A DNA stretch of 64,000 nucleotides from Eledone cirrhosa (taxonomy: Eukaryota). Below the pieces are notes generated by a model. It was given only the letters and a program-made list of their open reading frames with translations, searched no databases and was not told the origin of the DNA. Below are positions 14,100-27,620 of the stretch, in pieces. Both the position numbers and the translations under genes were made by a program. Every line of letters begins with the position of its first letter. Position 1 is the first letter of the stretch. Location: the NCBI GenBank assembly GCA_964016885.1, contig OZ024740.1, positions 413,912,001 to 413,976,000 of the forward strand, in the 5' to 3' direction.

Positions 14100-15890
14100 A
14101 TACATATATACAACAGAGGGCCCCGAATCCAAGTATAAGGCAGACGTAAAACGAGGTGGGTGTTATTTTTAAAGAAAAGTAAAGTGGGTGTTTGGAAAAG
14201 TTATTGTTCAGACTAGACAAAAGTAGGAGTGTGATATATATCTTCACAGCAATAGCTTGGGGGCTTTGGAGCTTAGGCGAATCCCTTAGTACAGAAATAT
14301 ATACCCACCCACACTTTTATACCTCTGGATGCGTGTGTATGTCAATATACACATGTGCACTCATACAAGAGAGCATATTCAAATATACTCTTAAGCGCAC
14401 ACTCGAACATTTTTCAAATGCAACCTGGGGTATTAGTATTTCGTTATTTCGTTGCGTTCACATGAGTGTGTACATTCACGCAATCCCAGTATGCACACAC
14501 AACGCACGGTTGTGCGCACTCATTCATGCGTATAGGGTTAGTACCTTAGGATAATTGTTCTTCCTGTGTGGGCCACTCCCGGGAGGGGAGATTTCCTCAG
14601 GTTCAATAAACGTGGTTTTTCTGACTCCTAACCAGTAGAGGATCCGGTGGACAATCCGCCGTAGGGACCACAAACTATGGGTGGGTGTTGTTGCCCATTG
14701 GTCATTGGTACGAGGTATAGGGCACCTACACGGGGGGGGGGGCGTTGTGGGAGGCCATAACCGGGGTTTATCCATAGAGCTTGAGGAAATTTTCCCGTCT
14801 TAGGTGTCTGCACGCGCCGAATAAGTCGGCCCTTCTGTTTAATAGCTTGGTTCCGCCATAAAGTATCTCGAGTGTCTCACTAAGACAGAGGTTGCAAATA
14901 CCAGACGCACCTCTGTCTGGGGGAACCTTTCTAACCACGGAGCAGACCAGAGATTGCGGAATCTTTTCAAGTTTGAGCTTCCAGATCAATTCAGAAAGGG
15001 CCGATATACACCAGCTTCTTATTGGGTTTATGATATGGGAGGTGTAGCTTGGTGTTGAGGTTGTGGGTAGTGTCCAGGAAATTCACTACTTTTCTATTGG
15101 GTTCCATCTCTACTTTAAGTCCCACCTTGCTAAAAAAGTGTCTAATTCTCCTCTTCATATGTTCGACCATTGTGGTGCTTCGGTCCACGACGGTGAAGAG
15201 TGCGTCGTCTCGGTACAGTCCGCCACCCAGGTTGGGTATTTCGCTCCTGATCTCGTAGAGTATGTATATCCCAACCAAGTCCGTTAGCTGTGCGGAGTCA
15301 CTGGAGCCCATTGTAATGTCAAAATTATTTGGCCAGTCACTCCGGGTCCATATGTCCCCACCGAATGGGATCAGGGTCTTTCTGGCGGCGTGTATGATTC
15401 GGACCTCGTTAGCATTAGGTCTGTCCTATTCATCGCGAATATGAGTGCCTTGTTCAGGACTATGGGCGAGATAGAGGAGTAGTAATTGTTGATGTCTAGT
15501 TGTATGAAGCTAGTCCTATGTTTGTCAGGTAAAAATGTAAACCAGTCCAGCACCTGGCTGGTGCAGGACCAGAGTTGTAACCTTATTATACTCTTAAGTG
15601 TGGGCAGGATCCTATCTAAAATGCTTTTGCTAATAACGCCCATATCTGACCGGGAGGGGGCAATCAGTCTGACCGGCAGGTTAGACTCAAAGTTTGGTTT
15701 GTGGTCCTTAATGGTAATCCTCGGCTCCGTTGGTTGGTATGGGGCTGTCCTATCATCTATGCCAAGACCAGATACAATTTCATAAGCCTTGATGTGGATA
15801 TCCTCCATGGTGGCCTCGGTCGTTTTTTTTGTAGCTTTTTCTCAATTCCCTGAGGATTAGCTCATGGTAAAGTGGAACGTCCATGTTGTA
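14100..15890 (-). mobile_element. Decayed Penelope-like element C (RT, internally deleted, fused to the end of GIY-YIG)
   Basis: ITIKDHKPNF..VRLIAPSRSDMG..FIQLDINNYYSSI; MGSSDSAQLTDLVGIYIL..GGLYRDDAL..VNFLDTT; then IWKLK..CNLCLSETLEIL..LLNRRADLFGACRH. Confidence 0.9.
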
Positions 15891-15899
15891 TCTAAAAAT

Positions 15900-16140
15900 A
15901 AATACATATATATATGTATGTATTTAAAAGGTAAACAGAAATAACAACATAATAGGTACAGTATATGGAAGGGATATATTAGGCTAACGCTTGAAATAGC
16001 AGGAAGAGGGTCTTAACGTTTCGGACGCTAGTCCTTCATCAGAAGAAAGAATGAGAAATTAGATAGATTGAAGGGACGGGTGGAATTGGAAAAAAAGTCT
16101 TTAGATAAAATTAACCGGTCCATTCAAGTTGCCATCTCTT
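15900..16140 (-). mobile_element. pLTR-like repeat with hammerhead at 16011-16046
   Basis: tctt-CTGATGA-a-ggac tagc gtcc-GAAAC-GTT-aaga. Second copy at 61870-62150 (+). Confidence 0.7.
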
Positions 16141-16272
16141 GGAGATATATATATATACAGCGATGATCCACTTTTGTAGTACACAATTCGTTGCACACGG
16201 ATCAGCGAAACTACAGTCGGGACTTTGAAGAAAAATCAGGTATATTTTGTTCTGTTATTTCCTCATATTTTG

Positions 16273-16343
<71 letters not shown>

Positions 16344-16346
<3 letters not shown>

Positions 16347-16925
16347 TATGTATACGTACATACATATATGTATACAGACGTACAGTAGTATGTATATATA
16401 TATATATACATGCACACATTTATATATGTACGTATGGATTTACCGAACATTTATTATGATTCTCGGTGTGTTTGTAAACAAACATCCCGAGTTAAGCCGT
16501 ACAGTGTTTAGCAACCATCGTTGCCCTTTTTGTTCAACACTGACAAAGGAACGATGTACTAGTTTCAAGCTTATTAGCTATCGTCAGCAACGTATACCTT
16601 CCTGCCAGATGATTGAACGTTTGAAAGTATATACTTTCCTTATGCATATTAACGGCTGAGCAGCCTTATTTGCATATCGAGTGAGTTAATCGGCCGGGCG
16701 CACCGAAAACGATAAACGGAAAAAATGAAACGAAAATTTGATTTCTCACTCTTAGTACGGCTGTTACTTAAATATAAGTATGTATACGTACATACATATA
16801 TGTATACAGACGGACAGTAGTATGTATATATATACATACATGGACACATACATATATGTATGTATGGATTCACCGAACATTTATATACTTTCAGACGTTC
16901 AATCATCTGGCAGGAAGGTATACGG
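16344..16925 (-). mobile_element. ORF-less ~432 bp tandem unit with hammerhead (16552-16592); retrozyme- or pLTR-like
   Basis: Unit start aagtatgtatacgtacatac at 16344 and 16776. Minus strand cgttg-CTGACGA-tagct aata agctt-GAAAC-TA-GTA-catcg. Homologue at 62250-63160. Confidence 0.75.
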
Positions 16926-17072
16926 TGGGAAGTTTTCCTCATCAGTTGTCTGCTGGGGTCTCGGATATTTCTACGCATTAATGCGTAGAAATATCCGAAA
17001 ACTTCCCCCGTTCTTGCTTTCTTCTTATTTTTAAGCATAACTTATCTAGCAACTACACAGCCACTTCTCTTC

Positions 17073-17112
<40 letters not shown>

Positions 17113-17117
<5 letters not shown>

Positions 17118-17261
17118 AAATGGGGTAAGGAACCAGGTGGACCATAACGCACCAAAGTACTCAATGCTTAGGGTAGTAGAGTGGGTAATAGGAACGAGAA
17201 GGACCCCGACGGCTGAGCTCAAGACGTTTCGACAGATAATTCTGGACTAGTCCTACTCGTT

Positions 17262-17263
<2 letters not shown>
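17113..17263 (-). mobile_element. Short fold-back repeat in (TA)n carrying the 3' half of a hammerhead
   Basis: Family also at 33185-33290, 40275-40440, 61070-61268 and 63248-63445. Consensus GAAA-cggc-ttgagctca-gccg-TC. Confidence 0.75.
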
Positions 17264-17336
<73 letters not shown>

Positions 17337-17341
<5 letters not shown>

Positions 17342-18523
17342 GTATTTACGTATCGAAAGAGAGAAAAAAAGGGGAGGATAGGTTATACATATAGTTATGT
17401 GCCAAGTAGCGTATGTCAAAGCTGGTCGATACTAATGCCGGCAGTATTAAATATTCGAATTGTTCGAATTGTTAATATTTAGTGGGCTAGAGAGTTAGCA
17501 GAGCGTCAGCACGTGGGAAAGTAAGAAATCGGAGAATAGACCGTTAAAACATGTTTATTTAAAACACCACCTACGTACGTTTCGCCCAGTTGGGCTTCTC
17601 AAGACCATAAAGAATCAAAAGTGTTCCTTACATTGCTCGGAAAGAGTTTTGGGGGTTAAATCCACGTCAAGGTTCATTGCTCTCATAAATAGCTTGTTTT
17701 GATTTTGCAGCAGGTCAAGGGAGGTAACTCTGGCCGGTGTTAGGGCAGTCTTTCCCGGACAAATTTTTTTATCTGCTACGAGATGAGGTTATAACCTTAC
17801 CATTGTCGATACGCATGTAATACACGCTTATTTTGAGAGTTTTTTGTCGCATCTGTTTGCCTGAGTCGTTTGAGGCTGGGTCTGGTATGCAAGGATAGTT
17901 TCCTGGGTGTTATTTTGCAACGCCTGCCCGCCCGGGTGTTAAGACTTGTTGCAGGGAGATCCGGTGCACGGTTTCACTCCTCATCCTTAACCCATCTGAA
18001 GAAGGATATTTTTAAGTGATGTGTACAACTCTCAAAATAAGCGTTGATTACATGCGTATCGACAATGGTAACGTTGTAACCTCATCTCGTAGGGGATAAA
18101 CAAATTTGTCCGGGAAAGACTGCCCTAACACCGGCCAGAGTTACCTCTCTTGACCTGCTGCAAAATCAAAACAAGCTATTTTTGCGAGCAATGAACCTTG
18201 ACGTGGATTTAACCCCAAAAACTCTTTCCGAGCAATGTAAGGAACACTTTTGATTATTTATGCCCTTGAGAAGCCCAAACGGGGCGAAACGTACGTAGGT
18301 GCTGTTTTAAATAAACATGTTTTAACGGTCTATTCTCCGATTTCTTACTTTCCCACGTGCTTACGCTCTGCTAACTCTCTAGCCCACTAAATATTAACAC
18401 TTCGAATATTTAATACTGCCGGCACTAGTATCGAGCAACTTTGGCATACGCTCCTTGGCAAATAACTATATGTATCACCTATCCTCCCCTTTTTTTCTCT
18501 CTCTCTCGATACGTAAATACTGT
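17337..18523. repeat. Inverted pair of ~500 bp pseudo-LTRs upstream of PLE D
   Basis: 17337-17841 is the reverse complement of 18027-18523 with scattered mismatches; ~185 bp spacer. Confidence 0.92.
18262..18300 (+). ncRNA. Minimal hammerhead, U3-A8 core variant (mirror copy at 17568-17606, -)
   Basis: TTGAGAA-gccc aaacg gggc-GAAAC-GTAC-GTA. Palindromic stem III loop; stem I is weak. Confidence 0.6.
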
Positions 18524-18567
18524 ATTACCGTGCACCTTTTGTAGAGCATCTCACCTTATTTGCCATT

Positions 18568-20870
18568 ATGTTGGAGAACCAGCCGTTACCCATGTCATTC
18601 AAATGTATCCCCTTACCCAGCAGAAAAACCTACCTCAAACTGCTTATAGACGCTACTAATTCGTTTATACGGAGAGGCAGATGGAAGGCCTACCACCTGG
18701 ATAAGAACACCCGTAACCTTCCTGAACCCAAAGAGATGTATGGCTTCAAAACATACCGAAACCCACCGCACAAGACCTTACTGAACTCCTTTGAAGAGGT
18801 CCTGCTGAAAATGATCAAAAACGTTAAGTTCAGAAAGAAACACCAATGCAGTAATCCATTCTTAACGTCCCTTGATACACTAATAACTAAGATCAAGAAT
18901 GACCCGCACCTCTTCGTCACCTCCGACAAAACCAAAAAGCTGTACAAGATGGATGCGAGTAAGTATAAAAAATTCATCTATAAGGAACTACACAAAGACT
19001 ACTCTAGTACCCTAAATGACATAAATAGAGTAGGGAAAGATATAGTCACCAGCTTAGAAATAGAAAAGTACACTAACCCGTACGCCCCTCTGACGCCTAA
19101 ATTCTCTCTTAAGGACCACAAATATGACTTTAATGAAAGCCCCTCTATTAGACTAATATGCCCCTCTACATCAGATATAGGTAAGATTAGTAAAGTGATC
19201 CTCGACAGAGTACTACTGGAGCTTAATAGAAAGGCTGAGGTCTGCCTCTGGGGCAACACCGACCAGGTCATAAATTGGTTCACCGAGTTGCCGGATAAAG
19301 CCACCCTGAAGTTCATCCAGTTTGACATAGATATTACTACGCCTCTATCTCCCCCATACTCTTAAATAAGGCACTTATCTTAGCTAAATCTAACACTAGC
19401 CTCACTAAAAAAGAAATAGACATAGTTCTAGCGGCACGTGGAACCATTATCCAGTTCGAAGGCTCCCACTGGACCAGAACCAACCGTCCTGATAACTTCG
19501 ATGTCACGATGGGGTCCAGTGACTCAGCGCAAGCAACTGACCTGTTCGGGATATACCTCCTACATAAGCTTAGGGAAGGGATACCGGCCCTACAAGGAGG
19601 TGTATATAGGGACGACGCCCTGTTTACCGTTAGGAACCATAGCCCCCGTAGAATAGGGAACCTTAACAAACATATACACAGGTTCTTCAAGTCATACGGT
19701 CTATCCGTAACTATGGACCTCAACCACAAGGTTGTCAACTTCCTGGACGTGACCCTGGAGTTGAGTACGGGCTTATACAATCCATACCATAAGCCTGGAG
19801 AGTGCCTCTCTTATATTAATTATGCCTCCAACCACCCTAAGCAGACTCTCAACTCCATAGTCTATAGTATCTCACATAGAATCTCGAGGCTATCCGCCAA
19901 TGAGGATATATTCAACCAAGCGGTAGATTACTACAATAGGGCCTTGATAAGCGCCGGCTTTAACCGAGGAATTTCCTACATCCCTAACGCTAGCTCTAGA
20001 AACCCCCCCCCTCATTAAACGAACGTTATAGTAAGCCATACCTATAACCGATCACGCGGCGACCTCGTTGAAGTCGGATATAATAGAATAGATAACAGCA
20101 TTAAAGATCACGACCCCGGCGACGGTCACCACTGTAGATTACTCGAACTATTCCCCTACTACGAAACCAACAAAGGCGACGGCCTACTACCAACGCCTTC
20201 CAACTAACATCTTCCTGTACATAAACATGTAAGAGGTAGGAAGAGTGCACCCGAGCATAAAGTGAAAGGGGCACCGAACGGGCGACTGCGCATTAACACA
20301 CATAAGAGCGGTCACCTAGATGGAACCACCCGTAGTAAACGTACAAGGACACGTAATCGTCACCATAACGTCCTATGGTCCCCCCCCCCCTACTCTCGTA
20401 ATGTGGCCTCCAACATACCCCGGATGTTCTTCGAAGCCTTAGAGAAGAAATTCCCGCCCAACCATAGGTATAGAAAAATTCTTAATAGGAACAATATAAA
20501 AATATCCTTCTCTACTACTCCTAACCTAGCAGACATCATAGGAACAACGAACCACAGTAAGATCACCAAGACACAGTACCTCGACACAGACGCACTTACA
20601 CCTGACAATAACTATATCGGCCTTAACAACTCCCTGGCAGCATCCAGTAGTGTTGGCAACGGCATCCGCAGACGCAACCAGCATTACCGCGAAACGACTG
20701 GGGAACATGCAGGACATGACGTGCGGAATAACAATCGCACCACCCCGCGTGCTGTGGGTTGTAATGGTGCTAACGACAGCTGCGGTAGCGTGGGTAACAA
20801 CGTAGGCAGCAACAATGATAGCCTTACCGTGGGAAATAGACGTAAATATAACTTTAATGACATTCAATAA
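18568..20870 (+). pseudogene. Penelope-like element D polyprotein (N-terminus, RT, thumb/linker); frameshifted, GIY-YIG missing
   Basis: CIPLPSRKTYLKLLI..RWKAY; TSDKT; LKDHK..IRLICPSTSDIGKISK; FIQFDI; frameshift at ~19333; MGSSDSAQATDLFG; GGVYRDDAL; VNFLDVTL; SNHP; WSPPPYS..NRNNIKISFSTTPN. Confidence 0.93.
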
Positions 20871-21049
20871 GGTAGTCACACTAATTATAGACCGTTCTTG
20901 TTTGGTGCAGTGTTTAATTTCGATCTTATTATAGATAAGATATGGACTTTGGTGATCCGAAATTATCCTACTTATCCTACAGTGAATTTTGGGTCCAGTT
21001 ATGTGATACTAATCCCGTTGAGACTGACATAAACATCACATTATTTTAT

Positions 21050-21235
21050 TAGGGCGGTGAATTGGCTGTATCGGTCGGACGCCATGCTTTCCAGCATAGT
21101 TACGTCCCTTTATGGTCTGAGTTCAAATCCCGTCGAGGTTAACTTTACCTTTCATCCTTACGGGGTCGATAAAATAAAGTACCAGTAGTGCACTGAGTAA
21201 TTGATGGCCTTGTGCCAAAAGTAGAAACAATTATT
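21050..21235 (+). mobile_element. SINE family A
   Basis: B-box GAGTTCAAATCC and the conserved central domain. Confidence 0.9.
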
Positions 21236-21257
21236 TTATTTAGATTAAATATGTTAT

Positions 21258-21490
21258 GCCTTGCGTGAGCGTGTTCGACCTACAAGTATAATGTTGTGGG
21301 ATCGATTCCTGGACGAGGTTGTGTGTTGCATTCTTGAAAAAACACTTCATTTCACGTTGCACCAGTATACTCGTCTGCAAATGTGTACCAGCAATAGCTG
21401 TGGGTTTCACCTTGTGATGGACTGCCGGTCTGTGCAGAGTGGGAAGTTTTGTACTTGCATTTGCCTCAAACCACGGAAACCGGGGTAAGC
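21258..21490 (+). mobile_element. Diverged CORE-type SINE
   Basis: GATCGATTCC B-box-like motif followed by TTCTTGAAAAAACACTTCATTTCACGTTGCACCAG, similar to family B. Confidence 0.55.
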
Positions 21491-21872
21491 ACCGACCGTT
21501 TCAGGGCTTGGGGCAGACTCACCTCTGTTGTATGCAATTAATGTTCTAAATTTTAATTGGACCAACTAAAAGCACAAATAACTGATTCTGGACAAACAAG
21601 CACAATTTATTTGAAGATAATATATCCCAGCTCTACACGAGTATATACATTAAATCATTATTTGTTTCTTTCTATTACTTAAATTTGTCTTGTACATTTC
21701 ATTGGTGTGAGAGAATATAACAAGGTATATAGTTGATAAACATACGTAATTTTGGTAATCAATATATATATTTTTTTTACTTATCAGACCTGAATTGAAT
21801 ATTGCAAGCGTGTATTCAATTTCATCTGTCTCTCACATCATCTCTTATTCTCTCTCCTCCTCTCTATCATTT

Positions 21873-21951
<79 letters not shown>

Positions 21952-22662
21952 CTCTATCTTTCTATCTAACTATCTGTCTTTATCTGGAATCGAAATAACA
22001 CCATCACTGTTGTTCTGAAATTCTACTGATTATACTTGATTACTACAAGAGGAAATTTCAATCATAATAAAATGTGACTAATAATATATTTCCCCTTTAA
22101 TTACTAATTAATCTGTTAATCCAAATGAAGAAATTGACTAAAATCTAATATTCATTATATATCTTGAAAAGTTGGAGAAATATATTGATTATTGATAGAT
22201 ATAGCATCAAAGAGATCTTTGCGGCTTTTTTCACAAGAAAAATGATAGATGAATATACTAATTAAATACATTAAGATGTTCAAATACTTGTCTTCTTAAA
22301 TTTTTGTCCAATATGTTGATGAGAGGATAAATATAAGGAAATTACTTTGTTATTTGGGAACTTTGCCAAATAAGCAATAAACATTTCTTTCCAAAGATAT
22401 TTCTAATACTCTGGGAACAACATATATGTTTCTGACGAATCAACACTGCGGATTCTGTTTGACCTTTGTTTCAATTCATTTAAACTTCTAATGCTTTGAT
22501 AAAAGCATAAATAACACGATGTCTTTATTCGATTGTCCTAAATATATGATTTTCATAAATAGTGAAAAGTAAACTAGTAAACTTTCCTTTTGAAATGAGT
22601 TATTATTATATTCTACAAGACATCAAACTAGAAGTTAGATTAACTTTTTTTTTCTGGAGCCA

Positions 22663-22732
<70 letters not shown>

Positions 22733-23514
22733 TTTCTCTCTCTCTCTTTCAACACACCCAGGTGACCCCTCCAGTATTTACTCCGCTCTACAGACAAGTA
22801 AAATAAAAAAAGTAATGTCTGTGTTTTATACTGAGTGAAAAGTAGTTGACAAAAACAGGATTCAAACTCAAAATGAAATACTCATGTCTTATACAGCGCA
22901 ATACTATGATCCATATCTTATTGATAAATTTCTTCAATATCCAGCAATAATTTGGAGGGGAAAATACACAATCGATTATTTGTACTTATTTCCTCCTCCC
23001 CAGAAGCGTGTATGGAATATCGACTGTAAACGGGACTTGAATTCAAAATATAAAGAGGCAGGAAGAGATACGCCATGTAAACAAGAGATGTTATACCGAT
23101 TTTCCCATCACCAACTGTCTTTAGTCAATATTGTTATTATTTCTAACATGAATACAAAGGCACACAATTAGGGGAAATCTCACTCAGTACATGACTGGTA
23201 CATTTGTATCCATTCTTTATGTTTCAACCTAGCTGGGATCCGCCAGGCTTTTAAAGTCACGCTGTATATCCCAACGATTTTCCTAAGATTCCATTGAGAG
23301 CTACCTCGCAATAAATACATAGATTCAAAGGATAACTCTGGTGAGAATTGAGATTTAAATGCGTAAGTACACGCTACGGCAAAATTAATCATTCTCCTAC
23401 TTTTGTGATTCAAGCGTGTATAAAAAGAATTTATTTATAAGCCATGAATTGTTTAAAGACGAACAGGGAAGGTCCGATAATACGGTACCAAAAAACAAAA
23501 TCCACCATTATATA

Positions 23515-23700
23515 ATGGTTTCTTATATAGGCACAAGGCCAGCAATTTGGGGGGAGGGGGATAGTCGATTAAATCGACGCCAGTGCATGACTGGTACTTT
23601 ATTTTATCGACCCCGTAAGGATGAAAGGCAAAGTTAATCTCGGCGGGATTTGAACACAGAACGGGAAAGCATGTTGTCCGACGCTCTACCGATACTGCCA
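23515..23700 (-). mobile_element. SINE family A (long variant)
   Basis: Central domain present, with the extra GATTTAATCGACTATCCCCC segment also seen at 3870-3900 and 42540. Confidence 0.85.
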
Positions 23701-26504
23701 ACGTACCACTCTCAAAATTCCAGCAATATATAATACCTCATTAAAAGTTGACTGGTTCAAACCCGTTTAAAGTTTACTTTTAACAGTAACTGAATATAAA
23801 ATTTCCCTTATGATTCACTGGAAAATGTAGTAGAGAAAACGGGACTGTCACTTTTTTTTTTTGGGGGGGGGGGGGGGGTAATGGGTTATGGCTTTATTCA
23901 CAGTTGTATAAATAACTTACAAATTGTTCACAATTCTTTAAACTCGATTGTTTGATTAAATGACATGTCTGTTTCATGTGTTTATAAATTATTTTCGTAT
24001 TCGATTTATTTCAGGAATTCAGCTACAAATATGCCGAGTGTAAGACAATACTTGATATACTAACACTTCTCGTTGCCGTTTTAAGAACTTTCCTAAAGTA
24101 CGTATTATCTTCCTTCATATGATGGTTAACAATTTTACATAAATTAGATCATTAGAAAGCTAATTCAAAATAGATATAGAGTGACGAAAAAACAATATTA
24201 CTCAATCAGTAAGTTGTTTTTCATTTTCCGAACATCATTGACCAAATCAGTGAAACATATCTTCACTGTACGTGTCGAAGTAGTAACCCAGTATTAACTA
24301 AAAGCATAAGTCCCTGTATTTATTGAATTTGGATAAAAGAATTGTTTAAAATTAAATAATTCAAAGATGGTATCTGAAATCTAAATCTAACAAAGACAAT
24401 AGACAAATTATTAAGACATTTAATACATGAAGCAATAAAGTTAAATGTCCTTGTTATAAACATAAGGAAACACATACTGAGGATTTAAACAAATGGCATT
24501 GTTATCTCTACATGAGTGGCCACAGGCAACAAGAAATTATTCCTGATTAAATAATTCAAAAACGCCATCTGCACGAAATACAAAAGAAATGATGTAGCTA
24601 TGTTAGTGTTGACATATTTAATGAAATGCGGTATTGAATAAAATATAAACTTGATTATACCTCGTAAAATCGAATAAACTCTATTCAGTAAATGTAATAA
24701 AGGACACAAGGATGGTTAGAAGATCCCCAATCAATATAGTCAACTGTATTAATTATTGATATCTTCAAAAGTTATGTTCGAAAATTCTAGAAAAATATTA
24801 AACGATGTGCTGTAATTTACAGTGATCAGAGAAAATTATTGAAATCTTTAATTACATGTTTCCATGAGACAAGGCGGATATTGGAATTTCCAATTACTGT
24901 AGACAAGTTGAGAGAATAGTGTGTTGGTCTGTCAGTTGAAATGCCGACAGTTAATATCATATAGTCACGTGTCCGTGTCAAAGATAAATAGATAGCACGG
25001 AGACTGTCAGATGAGGTGAGGTCGCAGTAAAATTAACGGGTGTTTCCTTCGAGTACAGGAAATAAACTTCCTGTTAAGGTTAAACACTGAGCTAGTGACA
25101 GATCCACTACATGCTCACCGAAATGCTAGAAATAGAAGCCAACTTACTTTTTTCTAATCATACATAATATATTATTAATCATAATATTGCTAATTGTCTG
25201 GAAAATAAAATGAGATGAATAGGAGAAGAATACTTTTGATCTTAGGATTATTTCTTGATGGCAGTTCAAACATCTACAACAACACCTACATTTTCTTCTT
25301 CATCGTTTTATGGAGGAATAACACAACTACCGGTAATGTACATGGGATCGATTAAACCAGATAAAACACATGATTTTGTTAAACACAATCGACTGTTTAA
25401 CAATTCAAAAATAAATGTTACCTATAAATGTTACCTATAAACCTGTAGGTAGGTAAATACTCTCTGTTCCCCAAACGATGAGATATATCTATTCATCTTA
25501 CCTGTTGACCTCATGCGAATAAATGTCCTGGGCTTACAGAGATGTAGTGTAGTTATATTGGACAGTTACATCATCACTACCAAAGTGTGTTGCATGTTAT
25601 TCTGTCCAGTTACTATTCACATAATAGTAACAGGGTGTTTAAGAAGATCGCTTTGCAATCATAGTCCCGATGTTCATCCCACTGCATGGCATCTTGGGCA
25701 AATGTCTTTGTCATAGCCTCGAGCCAACTGAAGCTATGTCAGTAAAATTGGTTGGGCGGAAAATCTGTGTAAGGCCATCGAAAGGATTGTACATGTAATT
25801 TAATAGGTTCAACTTTGTCACACATTGCATCGCGTTGATTCTGCCTGATAATTAAGTTAAGGGAATAGGTGTATATAAAATACTTACCCCCTTATACGTT
25901 CATTCATGAGTCGAGTGTTCAATTTATCGAATAACTGAATTCTTGTCGTCGAACATGGCGGCGAATCTATTATGATTTACGCAGTAAGATATTATATTTA
26001 TAGTATTGCTCCAAATATCACTGACATTACCGCCACCCCCTCTTCTGACTACCTTATATAATAAAGCCATGTTGAATTAATTATACGATCTTATATGAAG
26101 GCATAAATGAAAGTGTGTGAGAATGTATGTGGGGAGTGGGGAGTTTGTATGCGGAGAGTGATGAGTACATACGTAATCACAGTTCTATGAATGTATACAG
26201 TATATGTATTGTACGGATGTACGCTAACCGATTTAAGAAATTCGAGGGCCAGACATTATTTTAATAACTATTCACCAAGCAATCAACGCCGTCTACAATA
26301 CACTGGAATCCGCTACTAGAGAACTACATCAAAACTATTGTCTGGTGGCGCCTGAAATTGAGGAAATACATAACATATTATCACTATGGAAAACAGCATC
26401 TATCTTACATATAATATTAACATTCAAACACACATTCACATACACAAATATACACACACACATCGACACATATAGACACAGATTCTAACAGACAGACGCA
26501 CACA

Positions 26505-26601
<97 letters not shown>

Positions 26602-26622
26602 GTATATGTGTGCGTGTGTATA

Positions 26623-26684
<62 letters not shown>

Positions 26685-27434
26685 AGAGAGACAGAGAGAG
26701 AGAGAGGTGGAGAGAGAAAGAGAGAGAGAGAGAAATACGTACATACATACAAACATTCAATGCGGAATTTTTGTGGCGAATGTACTTTTTATTATTTCAT
26801 TCATGGTCCATTTGTAATCTGTTCGGGTTTTACAATTTATCTCCATATTTGCAGTCATTAATATATTCTGCGATATAATTCATTCTTTCCCCATCGCTGA
26901 AACAAAAATGCGGATATTTACAGTTAGATATTCTACTGCAGAATGGTTGTTTAGTCTAAACCAAAACCTGAAAAGAAACATTGCACAATCCCTCCTCTCT
27001 GTAAGTAATTTTACTAGTTGGAGTATGTTTCTATATCATGGGAAGACAAGAATCGAACGTTTCTGGACTGAGTCTTTATCTGAAAGATAAAACATTTCCA
27101 ACTCAAAATCTGTTCTCAAAGGCAAATAGTCAGTCCCGACACGTCAGAGAAATGGCTCTTTTGTCTCTATCATACGGACTTGCTCAAACTCAAGAAACTC
27201 ACTCTTTGTTTTTGTTTTTTAGTATATCAAACAAAATATTGGGTCGTAACATAAAATCCCGTCGTTTTATTATTAATAAGTTCTATGACAACGGCGGGAG
27301 TTTATGTTACAACCCAATATATAACCGAACTTTTACGTTAACATGTCCGAAGTGTCAGACATTTACAATAGCATTTAGTACACAAATAAAATAAATGGCA
27401 TCTAAATGTATCAATAGTTTGTTGTGTGTTAGAC

Positions 27435-27620
27435 CTTCGTCAGTTATGATGACGAGTGTTCCAGTTGTTTGATCCATGAAAGAGCCTGCCTATGAAATTA
27501 ACGTGCAAATTACTGAGCATTCCACAGACACGTGATCCATAGCGTAATTTTCAGGAAGATTCCGCGTGACACAGTGTGTGACAAGGCTGACATTTTGAAT
27601 CAGAGGTACAAGTCATTCTT
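27435..27620 (+). repeat. Old dispersed repeat fragment
   Basis: GAAATTAACGTGCAA..CTGAGCATTCCACAGACACGTG resembles a common cephalopod interspersed repeat (recall only). A weak echo lies at ~25030-25130. Confidence 0.35.

Noticed and set aside
14398-14470. Minus-strand structure cacactc..gcaac/gttgc..GAAA..TTC-gagtgtg at the 3' end of PLE C
   Set aside because: Position and stems fit a hammerhead, but the first core half (ATGTGAA) deviates at essential positions; needs a family consensus.
24015-24097. Plus-strand exon-like segment (tttcag|EFSYKYAECKTILDIL..|gtacgt)
   Set aside because: Isolated, no recognisable homology and no partner exons; expected by chance in 64 kb.
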